DNA of 38,134 bases, taken from positions 1-38,134 of the forward strand of contig NW_021835805.1 of NCBI RefSeq assembly GCF_006345805.1, read 5' to 3'. Source of the stretch: Octopus sinensis (taxonomy: Eukaryota). The notes beneath the pieces are model-generated. The model was not told where the DNA came from and did not search any database. It was given only the letters and a program-made list of their open reading frames with translations. Both the position numbers and the translations under genes were made by a program. Of this stretch, positions 10,388 to 21,637 are shown piece after piece. Numbering within the stretch: position 1 is the stretch's first letter; every line of letters begins with the position of its first letter.

Positions 10388-11132
10388 GTTGTTGTTGTTG
10401 TCTTGATGATGGTGGTGCCGGTGCTGGTGCTGGTGGTAGCGGTGGTGGTACGATGGTGATAGTGATAGCACTGGTGGTGATAGTAGTAGTGGTGGTGATG
10501 GTGGTGGTGATTGTGGTGGTGATGGTGGTCGTGATGATGGTGATAGTAGTGGTGGTGATGATGATGGCGGTGGTGATGGCGGTGGTGATGGTGGTGGTGA
10601 TTGTGGTGGTGATGGTGGTGGTGATGATGGTGGTGGCGATGGCGGTGGTGATGGTGGTGATGATGGTGGTGGTGATGGCGGTGGTGATGGTGGTGGTGAT
10701 TGTGGTGGTGATGGTGGTTGTGATGGCGGTGGTGATGGTGGTGGTGATTGTGGTGGTGATGGTGGTGGTGATGGCGGTGGTGATGGTGGTGGTGATTGTG
10801 GTGGTGATGGTGGTGGTGATGGCGGTGGTGATTGTGGTGGTGATGGTGGTCGTGATGATGGTGGTGATGGTGGTGGTGATGGCGGTGGTGATGGTGGTGG
10901 TGATTGTGGTGGTGATGTTGGTGGTGATGATGGTGGTGATAGTAGTGGTGGTGATGATAGTGGTGGTGATGGCGGTGGTGATGGTGGTGATGATGGTTGT
11001 ACCGATGGTGGTCGTAATTGGTTTGCGTTTGTTTTTTGTTGTTTTCCTAATTACAATAGCGATTGTTGTTGCTCTTTGGTAGATGTATTCCTCCTTATGC
11101 TGCAGCGATAGTGATGATACGCAGATAGGGAA

Positions 11133-11201
<69 letters not shown>

Positions 11202-11510
11202 CAGCAGCAGTAGTTGTAGCAATAGTAGATGTTCTTACTGCTTGCTGTTATTATTGTCGTTGTTCTGTTGTTGTTGCTGTTGTTGTCTTGATGATGGTGG
11301 TGGTGGTGGTGGTGGTGGTGGTGGTAGCGGTGGTGGTACGATGGTGATAGTGATAGTACTGGTGGTGATGATGATGGTGGTGATAGTAGTAGTGGTGGTG
11401 ATGGTGATGGTGGTGGTGATGGTGGTGGTGATGGTGGTGGTGATGGTGGTCGTTGTTGTTGTTGTTGATGCTGCTTTTGTTGCCACTACTGATACTGCTA
11501 CTACCACCAC
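10388..11510. repeat. Compound (GGT/GAT/AGT/GTT)n array with 12/48-bp higher-order units and an ~885-bp duplicated block
   Basis: The motif gtcttgatgatggtggt...ggtagcggtggtggtacgatggtgatagtgatag occurs at 10400 and 11285. A 48-bp unit is repeated about three times near 10690-10830. Confidence 0.9.
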
Positions 11511-12217
11511 CTTGTATTCGTTTTGGGGAATCTGACCTTATTCTACACAACGGACAACACCAGTGTCTGGATTTATTCGTCTGGATCTAGGCAGAGCATT
11601 CCGTTGTTGTTGTTGTTGTCGTCGTCGGTGTTGGTGGGGGTTGCGGTGGTTGCGGCGGCGGTGGTGGTGGTGGTGGGGGGGTTGACGTTGTCGTCGTGGA
11701 TGTTTGTTTTCTGGATTTTATTTTCGTTACTCTCATCGTTAAATGTTTAGTCATAAAGAAGAAGAAGTAGAAGAAGAAGAAGAAGAAGAAGAAGGCTGAA
11801 GAGGGGGAGAGGAGGAGGAGGAGGAGGAGGAGGAGGAAGAATAGGAGGAGTCGATAAGTTTATGTTACTGGGCATTGAATGAGGAGATAAACGGTTGAAC
11901 ACAGTGATAATGGGAAAATTGAAAGAAACAAACTGTAGGGAACACAATAGAGAGGGGGCAAGGAGATTGTGTAAGAGAAAATCAGACAGAAAGGGGGAGA
12001 GAGAGACGATATTTGCTGGTTGATTGGACTAGCTGCGTAAGAAAAGACCACTCCAATAACTTGTTCAGTTGTGCATGAGACAGAAGAGTGTGAAGGTCCG
12101 AGACCACCGACGCCTGTCGGCATGGTGCATTAAGCAACAGAATTTTAGCAACAAACATCCAGCCATAATTAGTTCTCCTTGTCTTTTTCTGTTTTTTTAA
12201 ATATAGTGTATCTAGTA

Positions 12218-12509
12218 CATTATTTCAACCATTCTGGTGCCACACATCGCTTTAAATATCCTAACCCATCCACAGCATCCTCCAAAACAGAGTGCCCAGC
12301 ATTTAGCAGAGAATGTATATACTTCATATGTATTCAAAGGAAGTTTGACTTGAAACTTTCCTGAAAGTTTTATTCACTTGTTACTAACAAGTGACCTACG
12401 CCCCATCAAAAATATTAACCTACGCCCCATCAAAATATTAACCTACGCCTCATCAAAATATTTCCCAGCCCCATCAAAATATTTCCACGCCCCACCTTGA
12501 GAAGCACTG
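12218..12509. mobile_element. hAT (Charlie-like) MITE
   Basis: Right TIR ttgagaagcactg; degenerate left TIR cattatttcaacc. 8-bp TSD atctagta (12210-12217) and atctacta (12510-12517), consistent with the nTCTAGAn preference of Charlie-type hATs. Confidence 0.6.
12394..12496. repeat. ~23-bp tandem repeat (acctacgccccatcaaaatatta), about 4.5 copies, inside the hAT MITE
   Basis: Directly visible; no spacers. Confidence 0.9.
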
Positions 12510-12555
12510 ATCTACTACTAATATTATTAGAACTAAACTATTAAAAGCAGCTCGA

Positions 12556-12787
12556 AGGCGGCGAGCTGGCAGAATCGTTAGCACGCCGGGCGAAATGCTT
12601 AGCAGTATTTCGTCTGTCACTACGTTCTGAGTTCAAATTCCGCCCAGGTCGACTTTGCCTTTTATCCTTTCGGGGTCGATAAATTAAGTACCAGTTTCGC
12701 ACTGGGGTCCATGTATCCGACTTAATCCGTTTGTCTGTCCTTGTTTGTCCCCTCTATGTTTAGCCCCTTGTGGGTAGTAAAGAAATA
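12556..12787 (+). mobile_element. SINE group C (tail type 1), full length, young
   Basis: Perfect 17-bp TSD tattaaaagcagctcga at 12539-12555 and 12788-12804. A-box-like TGGCAGAATCG and B-box GAGTTCAAATTCC. Confidence 0.95.
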
Positions 12788-13418
12788 TATTAAAAGCAGC
12801 TCGAGCTACCACGTGGCGGTTTCATCGCCTGTACATGTTATGTTACTCATGATGTGGACTGCCTCAGAAGGCAACAATTCATTGCTCCTCTCTACTTACT
12901 GCTGATAGTGTATATCATACCACAATGCTTAAGAGGCCAGTGAGGCTACTAAATTTGCGTTTGTTTATCTTGTTAAATTGAAGCGTTTATTTATCTTGTT
13001 AAATTGAAGCTATTCAAATTTTCTCTAGATTATTTTCATTAAATGAAGTCCAGATGTATTGTTTGTTTTGTTACGTTTTTTATTTTTGTTTTTTTTTTGC
13101 ATGTTGAGAAAAATTGCATTCACTTTTACTAGAGATTGACAATAAAGAAGTTACACGCATTTAAGTTCGTGGGATTTTAGCCAATCAGAAGCCATAAATA
13201 TTTTAAACTGCAAACGGTTGAAATTTAGTAACGTCTGCAGTTATTTCTGTTTAGATGTATCTTTATATGTTTAACTGGACTTGATGGGGAAATAGTGATT
13301 TAAGATGTAATATAACATAATATAATATAATAGTAATGATGCGGGTTTGGGGGCGATAAGAACTGTAGCTGCTGCGATATCAAATTCTACTCCTTGCGTG
13401 TCTATGTGGTCTTTTATT

Positions 13419-13845
13419 CATTTCTACTCTAGGCACAAGGCCCGAAATTTTGGGGGAGGGGGTCAGTCGCTTAGATCGAGCCAGTACGCAACTGGTACTT
13501 AATTTATCAACCCTGGTAGGATGAAAAGCAAAGTCAACCATGGAGGAATTCGAACTCAGAACGTAAAGATAGACGAAATACCACTAAGCATTTCTCCCGG
13601 CGTGCTAACGTTTCTTATTCCTTTACTGCCCACAAGGGGCTACACACAGGAGGCACACAAGGACAGACAAACGTTATTAGTCGATTATATCGACCCCAGT
13701 GCGTAACTGGTACTTATTTAATTGACCCCGAAAGGATAAAAGGCAAAGTCGACCTCGGCGGAATTTGAACTCAGAACGTAACGGCAGACGAAATACCGCT
13801 AAGCATTTCGCTCGGCGTGCTAATGTTTCTGCCAGCTCGCAACCT
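13419..13845 (-). mobile_element. Dimeric SINE group C (type-1 unit followed by type-2 unit)
   Basis: Two C units in tandem, enclosed by a single 16-bp TSD tatgtggtcttttatt at 13403-13418 and 13846-13861. Confidence 0.9.
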
Positions 13846-14239
13846 TATGTGGTCTTTTATTGAGTCGGGGACCTAAAGGTATAGTCGGTTTACAACTTGA
13901 GATACGAACTGGTTTGCTTATATATTTTGCCGTGTATTATATAATTTGTAGAGACTGGGCCGAGCATGACCCACACGTCGGAATAACATGATGGATCTGG
14001 TATATTGGTATGTACCATTGTAGTTATTCATTCTGCTGACCAAATTTGCTATCGATGATGGTAAGATGGGCGGGCGGGCGGATTCGTCGTAACAATGCTA
14101 GCATTGGAGATGTCAGGATCTAATTGTTTTAACAGAACTGTAGAGGGATTTTCATTCGTCGTTTTGAAAGTGATGGTGGTTGTGTGATGGTTGTGGTGGT
14201 TGTGCTTATTGAAGAATATTCGAGCTTCTACTTCTGATC

Positions 14240-14271
<32 letters not shown>

Positions 14272-14630
14272 GATGATGATGATGATGATGACGACGACGA
14301 TGACGACGACGATGACTGATGATGACTGATGATCATGGTGGTGGTGGTGGTGGTGGTGGTGGTGGTGTGAAAGATGCTTGTGATGGTGATGCTGATTGAT
14401 TCAAATTTCCTAAAAACAATAATATATAAATGATGATGATGATTCCGCCGAAGTCGACTTTGCCTTTTATCCTTTCGGGGGTCGATAAATTAAGTACCAG
14501 TTGCGTACTGGAATCGATCTAATCGACTGGGCCCCCACCCCTAGAAATTCAGGCCTTGTACCTAGAGGAGAAAAGAATAATATATAAACGATGATGATGA
14601 TGATGACGACGACGACGACGATGATGATGT

Positions 14631-14690
<60 letters not shown>

Positions 14691-15050
14691 CGACGATGAT
14701 GATGATGGTGTCGATGGTGACGACGACGACGATGATGATGATGATGATGATGATGATGACAATAATGACGATGGTGACGATGATGATGATGATGATGAAG
14801 ATGGTGACGATGGTGACGACGACAACGATTATGATGATGATGATGATGATGATGAAGATGACGATGATGATGATGAGGATGATGATGATGATGAGGATGA
14901 TGATGAGGATGATGATGATAATGATGATGATGACGATGATGATGAAGATAGTGACGAAGACAACGGCAACGAATTCGAGCACGACGTCGAAAACTACGAC
15001 AACGGCGACGACGACGACGACGGGAACGGCGGCAGCGGCGGTAGCGGCGG
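14240..15050. repeat. (GTT)/(GAT)/(GAC)/(GGT)n compound microsatellites
   Basis: Directly visible; source of the poly-M/I/S ORFs. Confidence 0.95.
14441..14580 (+). mobile_element. SINE group C (tail type 2), 5'-truncated
   Basis: gattccgccgaagtcgactttgcc...aaattcaggccttgtacctagaggagaaaagaata. Confidence 0.85.
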
Positions 15051-15746
15051 AAGCAGTGAAGTGGTCAATAACTGGTAAGTGCTGCTGGCGGGAGTATTTA
15101 TGGAGACGTTTATACTACCGTTCCGAACCACTCGGGAAATAATTATTCCTTCTTTTCTTTCCTTTTCTTTTTATGTTTCCAAATAAAATTTCAAAAAAAA
15201 AAAAAAAAGAAAGAAAATTTTTTTAATAAACCATTACAAACACAACAACGAAAAAAATATCAGCAGCAAAAACAAAATTAAAAAAAACAACCTAAAATAT
15301 AAAAATCAAAAAGCATGAAAAATCATAACGAACATTGAACGATCTAACGGGGTTAAAGGTTAAGAGGTTAAAGATTGCTTGTCTGATAATTTTAAACAGT
15401 GTGATTTGATTTCTGTTACTGCTGTTGCAATAGCTGTTATTGTTGTTGTACTTGGTGTTTTTGTTGTTGTTGTTGTTGGCAGTGGTGGTGGTGGTGGTGT
15501 TTAGCATCGGTGATTGGAAGTGTTTGGAAGATGATAAATATTCTATTTGAATTACATTAACACTTTGCTGGCCCCCGTTGCATTGTTGTTCATTCAAAGA
15601 GGAATTTCCTCGATACCGTTGCCTATTTAATTCCAAAAATTTATTATTTACCGGTCGGCTGGCCTGGTGGCTGGCTGGCCTGTCTGATGGCAGGATAGAA
15701 CGAAGGTTGGTTAGATGGTTCGTGGTTCATTTATACGCTGTATAGA

Positions 15747-15975
15747 AGGCGGCGAGCTGGCAGAATCGTTAGCACGCCGGGCGAAATGCTCAGCGGTATT
15801 TCGTCTGCCGTTACGATCTGAGTTCAAATTCCGCTGAGGTCACTTTGCCTTTCGTCCTTTCGGGGTCGATTAAATAAGTACCAGTTACGCACTGGGGTCG
15901 ATATAATCGACTTAATCCGTGTGTCTGTCCGTGTTTGTCCTCTCTGTGTTTAGCCCCTTGTGGGTAGTAGAAGAC
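15747..15975 (+). mobile_element. SINE group C (tail type 1), full length
   Basis: Matches 12556-12787. Confidence 0.9.
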
Positions 15976-16080
15976 AGGCTATAGTAGAAGACAGTTGCCC
16001 AAGGTACTACGCAGTGGGACTGAACCCGGAACCATGTGGTTCGAAAGCAAACTACTTACCACACAGCTAATCCTACGCCT
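15976..16080 (-). mobile_element. SINE group O head fragment
   Basis: Its reverse complement matches 32915-33010 (ctgtgtggtaag...gggttcagtcccact). Confidence 0.8.
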
Positions 16081-16403
16081 AGGAAATTTATTTTAAAAAG
16101 TTTAAAGTTGAACATTTAGAAAAATATATATAAAAGAAACTAAAGCTTATCTTAAATTAACCAGTTTTGTGTATAACGAAATCATTGTTTATACGATTTT
16201 CAAAGCACTCAAGCATGAATATACATTTTGTAAAGCTTTAAATTAATTTTTTTTAATCAATGGCGCGTATAGATAACCCTTGCCGGGCAATGTTACAGAA
16301 TCACCAACAGGAAAGAGATGCTTCCATTCCATTTTGTTACCGTATTATAAGGAATGAAGGACGTGAAATTTTGTCAGAATATGAAATAATATCTTTTTTG
16401 GGG

Positions 16404-16770
16404 GGAACAATAGATCTCGAAGCAGATACAGTTATAAGTAACAGCGTGTGAACACTGGGTTAAAAATATTTTCGATAAATAAAAACAGGCAACAGGATTA
16501 TTTTATGTTCTCTTGAAATTACTAAATTGTCATGGCGTCAGAACACATCGTTTAATTTTGAATTTTTACTCGGCTTGATGTCGTCACCGTCATCGTTATC
16601 GTTGCTTTCATCGTATTAGTTTTTGTTGTTACTGCTATTGTTCTTTTGTTCCGTATCAGCCCTGATTCAGTCGTATGATGAAACGCGCCGTCACCTGTAA
16701 CTACCCCACTTTTTTTTCTCGAACACTGTGTGTCAAATACCATACAGCCCAAGACATTTGAGTATGGTTT
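16404..16770 (+). repeat. ~365-bp direct repeat, copy 1
   Basis: Aligns end to end (with indels) with 18741-19100, from ggaacaatagatctcgaagcagata to aagacatttgagtatggttt. Confidence 0.9.
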
Positions 16771-16817
16771 AAGACAGGTTTGGCTTTTGTTTCATGCTAA
16801 TCAAGTGACAACGTAGA

Positions 16818-17416
16818 AAGGCGGCGAGCTGGCAGAAACGTCAGCACGCCGGGCGAAATGCTTAGCGATTCGTCTGCTCAGTCTGCCACTACGTTCTGAG
16901 TTCAAATTCCGCCCAGTTTGACTTTTGCCTTTCATCCTTTCGGGGTCGATTAAATAAGTACCAGATACGCACTGGGGTCGATATAATCGACTTAATCCGT
17001 TTGTCTGTCCTTGTTTATTCTCTCCGTGTTCAGCCCCTTGTGGGTAGTAAAGAAATAGGTATTTCGTCTGCCGCTACGTTCTGAGTTCAAATTCCGCCCA
17101 GGTCGACTTTGCCTTTCATCCTTTCGGGGTCGATTAAATAAGTACCAGTTACGCACTGGGGTCGATATAATCGACTTAATCCGTTTGTCTATCCTTGTTT
17201 GTTTTCTCTGTGTTCAGCCCCTTGTGGGTAGTAAAGAAATAGGTATTTCGTCTGCCGCTACGTTCTGAGTTCAAATTCCGCCCAGGTCGACTTTGCCTTT
17301 TGGGGTCGATAAATTAAGTACCAGTTACACACTGGGGTCGATGTTAACGACTTAATCCCTTTGTCTGTCCTTTTTGTGCCCTCTATGTTTAGCTCCTTGT
17401 GGGCAATAAAGAAATA
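16818..17416 (+). mobile_element. SINE group C concatemer: one full unit plus two head-less units
   Basis: The tail aaagaaata rejoins internal ggtatttcgtctgccgctacg at ~17058 and ~17241. Confidence 0.9.
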
Positions 17417-17549
17417 AGACAGTGGCTCCCTCGTGATTTTGCTGTTGTTTTGACAGTGTTATTGTTGTTTTTCTTCTCCTGTTTTTTCTTCTTTTTCTTC
17501 TTCTCCTCTACCTTTTCTTATGACTAAATCTGATGTTCCTTATACAAAT

Positions 17550-17830
17550 GACGATGATGATAGTGATGATGGATGTAATAACGATGACGACCACGATGAC
17601 GAGGCCGATGACAACGGCAATGACGATGACAATGACGATAGTGAGGATGAGAATGATAACGACGACGATGACAAAAATAATGACGATGACTACGACGACA
17701 ACGATGATGTTGATGATGACAACGGCGGCGACGACGCCAACGACGATGACGTCATCAGTGAGATCAATGCTTATTTTTTGCTGCTGTTATTGATGCTGCT
17801 GCTACTGCTGCTGCTGCTATTGCAGTGGAT
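17550..17830. repeat. (GAT/GAC/AAC)n and (GCT)n compound microsatellite
   Basis: Directly visible. Confidence 0.9.
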
Positions 17831-18207
17831 GCAACGTTCTTGTTGATGCTGTCTTCTCTGTTATTTCATTTGTTAATGTTGCGCTTCCTGTTTTTGAAGT
17901 AGTCCACGACCACCACGACGGTGATCAGATCGCTACTTTCTTCTGTTGTTTGTTTTTGTTTATTTTTGGTTTGTTTTGTTTTTGTTTTTGTTTTTTTGTT
18001 TTCTTTTCTTCTATCTGTTTTACATATTTATTATGTTGAAACCTGTGTTATGGAAAGCTTTGAAGTTTTCTTGGTTTCTTTCACATCTCCGCTCCTCATC
18101 ACCTCGCTCGAAGAATTGAGTCAATGAAAAAACTTTTCGACTTCGAATAATGATATCTTAGCATATTTAGCCGGCGTCAAATGGAAGGCAATTGCACACA
18201 CATGCAA

Positions 18208-18245
<38 letters not shown>

Positions 18246-18412
18246 ACACACACACATACACACACACTCACACAAACACAAATACTCACATACATTCATA
18301 CACACATACATAAATACACACATACACACATATACACATACACACACATACACTTACACACACACACACACACACATAAATTAATACCATTATTATGATG
18401 CAACTCTTAATG

Positions 18413-18637
18413 TTGGTGAGCTAGCAAAATCGTTAACAAGCCGGACAAAACGCTTAGCGACATATCATCCGTCTTTACATTTTGAGCTCAAATTCCGTCG
18501 AGTTCGCCTTTGCTTCTCATTCTTTCGCGGTCGATGAAACGATTAGCAATCAAGAACTGGTCTTAATGTAATCCTCTTGCCCTTCTCCTAAATAAAAAAA
18601 AATGCTGATTCGGTGCTAAAATTTTGAAATGATTATT
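18413..18637 (+). mobile_element. Old, diverged SINE group C
   Basis: ttggtgagctagcaaaatcgttaac...tgagctcaaattccgtcgag...cggtcgatg; colinear with the C copies. Confidence 0.65.
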
Positions 18638-18651
18638 TTGTAATCATTTTA

Positions 18652-19220
18652 AGCTGCGAGTCGCAGAATCGTTAGTGCATCTGGAAAAAAAAAAAACCCC
18701 GTTGCGACATTTGTTCCCACTCTTTTCTTTTTGAGTTTTTGGAACAATAGATCTCGAAGCAGATATAGTTATAAGTAAAAGCGTGTGTGAATAAAAACAA
18801 GCAACATAATCATTTTACGTTCTCCTGATATTTCTAAATTTCTAAATTCTTATGGCGTCAGAAATTTGTCAGAATACATCATTTAATTTTGAAGTTTTAC
18901 TAGGCTTGTCGTCACCGTCATCGTTATCGTTGCTTTCATTGTATTTGTTTTTGTTGTTACTGCTATTGTTCTTTTGTTCTGTATCAGCCCTGATTCAGTC
19001 ATCGGTATGAAGAAACGCGCATCACCTGTAACTACCCTATTTTCTTTTTCTCGAATAGTGTGTCAAATGCCATACAACCCAAGACATTTGAGTATGGTTT
19101 GATATTTTCTGGGTCGATCAAAATAATACCAAAAATACCAGAAATATTTGAGTCGATTACACCGACTTATTCTCTCCTTTCACAGCTGCAAATCTTGTGC
19201 CCAACACTAGAAATAATTTT
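18652..19220 (+). mobile_element. Old SINE group C split by the duplicated 365-bp segment
   Basis: Head-like aagctgcgagtcgcagaatcgttag...ttgagtt (18652-18737) and tail-like gggtcgatcaaaataat...gtcgattacaccgac...cttgtgcccaacactagaaat (19111-19220) flank the repeat. Confidence 0.5.
18741..19100 (+). repeat. ~365-bp direct repeat, copy 2
   Basis: Aligns with 16404-16770. Confidence 0.9.
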
Positions 19221-19434
19221 TTTATGCAACCATTTGGATAATAACGATACGGGGTTTTGGCACCGATTCTAGGAACTGTGAAGTGATGACAGAAGCTAAA
19301 AATCAGCTAGAAAAGCCGATGGGCCTGCAACTCGGCACCTGTAAAGGCAGATTGAACAGTATCGTGAGGTACAAGACAGTTTGACCGAAACGGTTAATTT
19401 GCTTGGTGCCTGGTTTGGACCAGATCTTCAAGTA

Positions 19435-20034
19435 CCGTAATACCTCGAATATTGTGGGTGTTACGTTCCAAAGCCCCACGCGATAGGTGAAAATCTGCGA
19501 AGTGGATGGAAGCACTCCGTCGGTTACGACGATGAGGGTTCCGCGAAATTAACGTGTAAGTGGCTGAGCACTCCACAGACACGTGTACCCTTAACGTAGT
19601 TCTCGGGGATATTCAGCGTGACACAGAGAGTGACAAGGCCGGCCCTTTGAAATACAGGTACAACAGAAACAGGAAGTAAGAGTGAGAAAAAGTTGTGGTG
19701 AAAGAGTACAGCAGGGATCACCACCATCCCCTGCCGGAGCCTCGTGGAGCTTTAGGTGTATTCGCTCAATAAACACTCACAACGCCCGGTCTGGGAATCG
19801 AAACCGCGATCCTACGACCGCGAGTTCGCTGCCCTAACCACTGGGCCATTGCGCCTCCACATAAAATCTGCGAAGTTGAACAGTCCTGTATGTTGTCTTT
19901 TTTTTTCATAATATGTATGTTTTTATTTTATTGTAATGCAAAACAATACCACAGATGAATCGACGTAAGCTTAACTAACAAACCGCGATAGGTGAACCGC
20001 GATAGAATAATTGCGATATGGTGAGGGATTGCTG
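19435..20034. mobile_element. pogo/Tigger-like MITE (~230 bp when empty), interrupted by a SINE
   Basis: TA|ccgtaatacctcg at the left end and cgatatggtgagggattgctg|TA at the right (degenerate CAGTAATCCCTCG-type TIR). Subterminal cgcgataggtgaa motifs at both ends. Confidence 0.6.
19504..19862 (-). mobile_element. Chimeric SINE: group A head + group B tail
   Basis: 19661-19862 matches the head of 1433-1630, and 19504-19660 matches the tail of 2290-2470. Perfect 14-bp TSD aaaatctgcgaagt at 19490-19503 and 19863-19876. Confidence 0.92.
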
Positions 20035-20103
20035 TAGAGAAAAAAGGAACTTATTTGAAAATGAGCTATGAGAATTTTATCCCGGGAAGGTTGGGCAGAG
20101 ATG

Positions 20104-20336
20104 TATTTCTTTACTGCCCACAAGGGGCTAAATATAGAGGGGACAAACAAGGACAGACAAAGGAATTAAGTCGATTACATCGACTCCAGTGGGAAACTGG
20201 TACTTTATTTATCGACCCCGGAAGGATGAAAGGCAAAGTCGACCTCGGCGGAATTTGAACTCAGAACGTAACGACAGACGAAATACGGCTACGCATTTCG
20301 CCCGGCGTGCTAACGTTTCTGCCAGCTCGCCGCCCT
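20104..20336 (-). mobile_element. SINE group C (tail type 1), full length
   Basis: 10-bp TSD ggcagagatg at 20094-20103 and 20337-20346. Confidence 0.93.
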
Positions 20337-20439
20337 GGCAGAGATGGTGAACTATCACATCGCATCCGTCATCTATTATAGCTTGTCTGTTGTGCATAAT
20401 AATAGTTCACGTCCGACATGACTGGAGAGTCTGTTCTTC

Positions 20440-20994
20440 CGCTCTTTGTGAAAGAGACATGCTCCATTTGCTGTCACCACTCGCTGAGTGGAGAACAGGG
20501 CAGGCCGTGGCTGATGATGCGTAGGCCATGTAATAGTGGCGAGCATTACCTGTTCGAGATAAACTGCCTGAGAAGCGCTTAGTGCGACGAAGCCTTTCTG
20601 CCCACACTCTTTTATTGCCCGAACATTGTTCAATCGTCGAGTTAAAGCGAACAGCTGCTGTCCCGTAGTGGGATCGGCGGGGAGCAGATCCTGCTATCAA
20701 ATGACTCCATTGCAGAAAATCGTCCCGCTTCTTTTGGCCGGGAACGATAAGCAGTTTTTATCTGTCTGGTGGTTTGTGGGAAAAGAGATTCTGTGGTGTG
20801 TGTGATACTGAAAGATCTGAAAATAGATAGTTCCCTCTTTGGCCAAGCGCTCATCAATTTTCATCAAGTTTCATCAGGAAAAGAAAGCGAGGATGGAGAG
20901 GGAAATGCTATATCCCAGTAAATATTTTGAAACGTGGATGAGAGTGGTGAGTATGATCCATGTGAACGAGCCTACTTTGAATATTCGCTTATAG
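20440..20994 (+). mobile_element. L1/Tx1-like LINE ORF2 C-terminal remnant (frameshifted)
   Basis: ALPVRDKL (20543-20566); C.DE...TL.YCP.I zinc-knuckle-like remnant; EQLLSR; AVFICLV; GQALINF; ends ..VNEPTLNIRL* at 20994. Family recognised by eye. Confidence 0.6.
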
Positions 20995-21566
20995 AGCCAG
21001 GTGTGGCTCGAGAAGGAACAAACAACAACAAAGCAAACATCATTAGTACAGGAACCTTTTGATACCACCTCATAATTTGTAAGAGGCTCACACAGAGGAT
21101 CACTCTCTTGTGCATGATTCGAGGGAGATTTTACTGCTATTTCTAAGAGGCCAAGTTATAACGCATAATAGTGTTGCATGATTTCATGATTTATTTACAA
21201 GTGATTAAACTGAGAAACGATAACATCGATCTCTTGCAGAAACGTAGATAGAACCTTAAGGATATTGTTTTCCTGTTTACCAAGGAAGCATAAGCAAATA
21301 TTTAATTACAAAGAATTATTGATCCATTTAGTTATTAGGGATTTCTTGGGATTCCAAAACTGCCTGAAGAAAATTGCATTTCTAGCTAATATGATTATAA
21401 ATATTGGTTATATATCGTTACTCAAAGTATAGTTTAAGATGTAGGCGAGGGGTGTAACTCCCACTACAATTGGCTTTTAGGGGTTAATTGAATATCTGCC
21501 GGGTAAAATTGATTTAATCTTCCTTGGTGATTGCAATACTTCTCCTCCCTCTCTCTTCCTCTCTTT

Positions 21567-21637
<71 letters not shown>

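Noticed and set aside
12394-12496. CRISPR-like short repeats (also the ~250-bp array at 27581)
   Set aside because: Repeats are contiguous with no unique spacers, there are no cas genes, and the context is eukaryotic.
13179-13200. AGCCAATCAG followed by CATAAATA (CCAAT plus TATA-like)
   Set aside because: Spacing is too tight for a typical core promoter, no downstream gene is visible, and such words are common in AT-rich DNA.
15349-15373. Telomere-like ggggttaaaggttaagaggttaaag
   Set aside because: Only three degenerate units, not TTAGGG repeats.
16260-16451. 63-aa ORF MARIDNPC... (also 29338-29535 and 32110-32301)
   Set aside because: Short, with no family motif. The first runs across the boundary of the 365-bp duplicated segment. 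This is the expected background of ORFs.
17921-17947. Peptide VIRSLLSSV encoded both here and at ~34977-35003 with different codons
   Set aside because: The identity does not extend to either flank, the residues are high-degeneracy, and the contexts are unrelated. Most likely chance.
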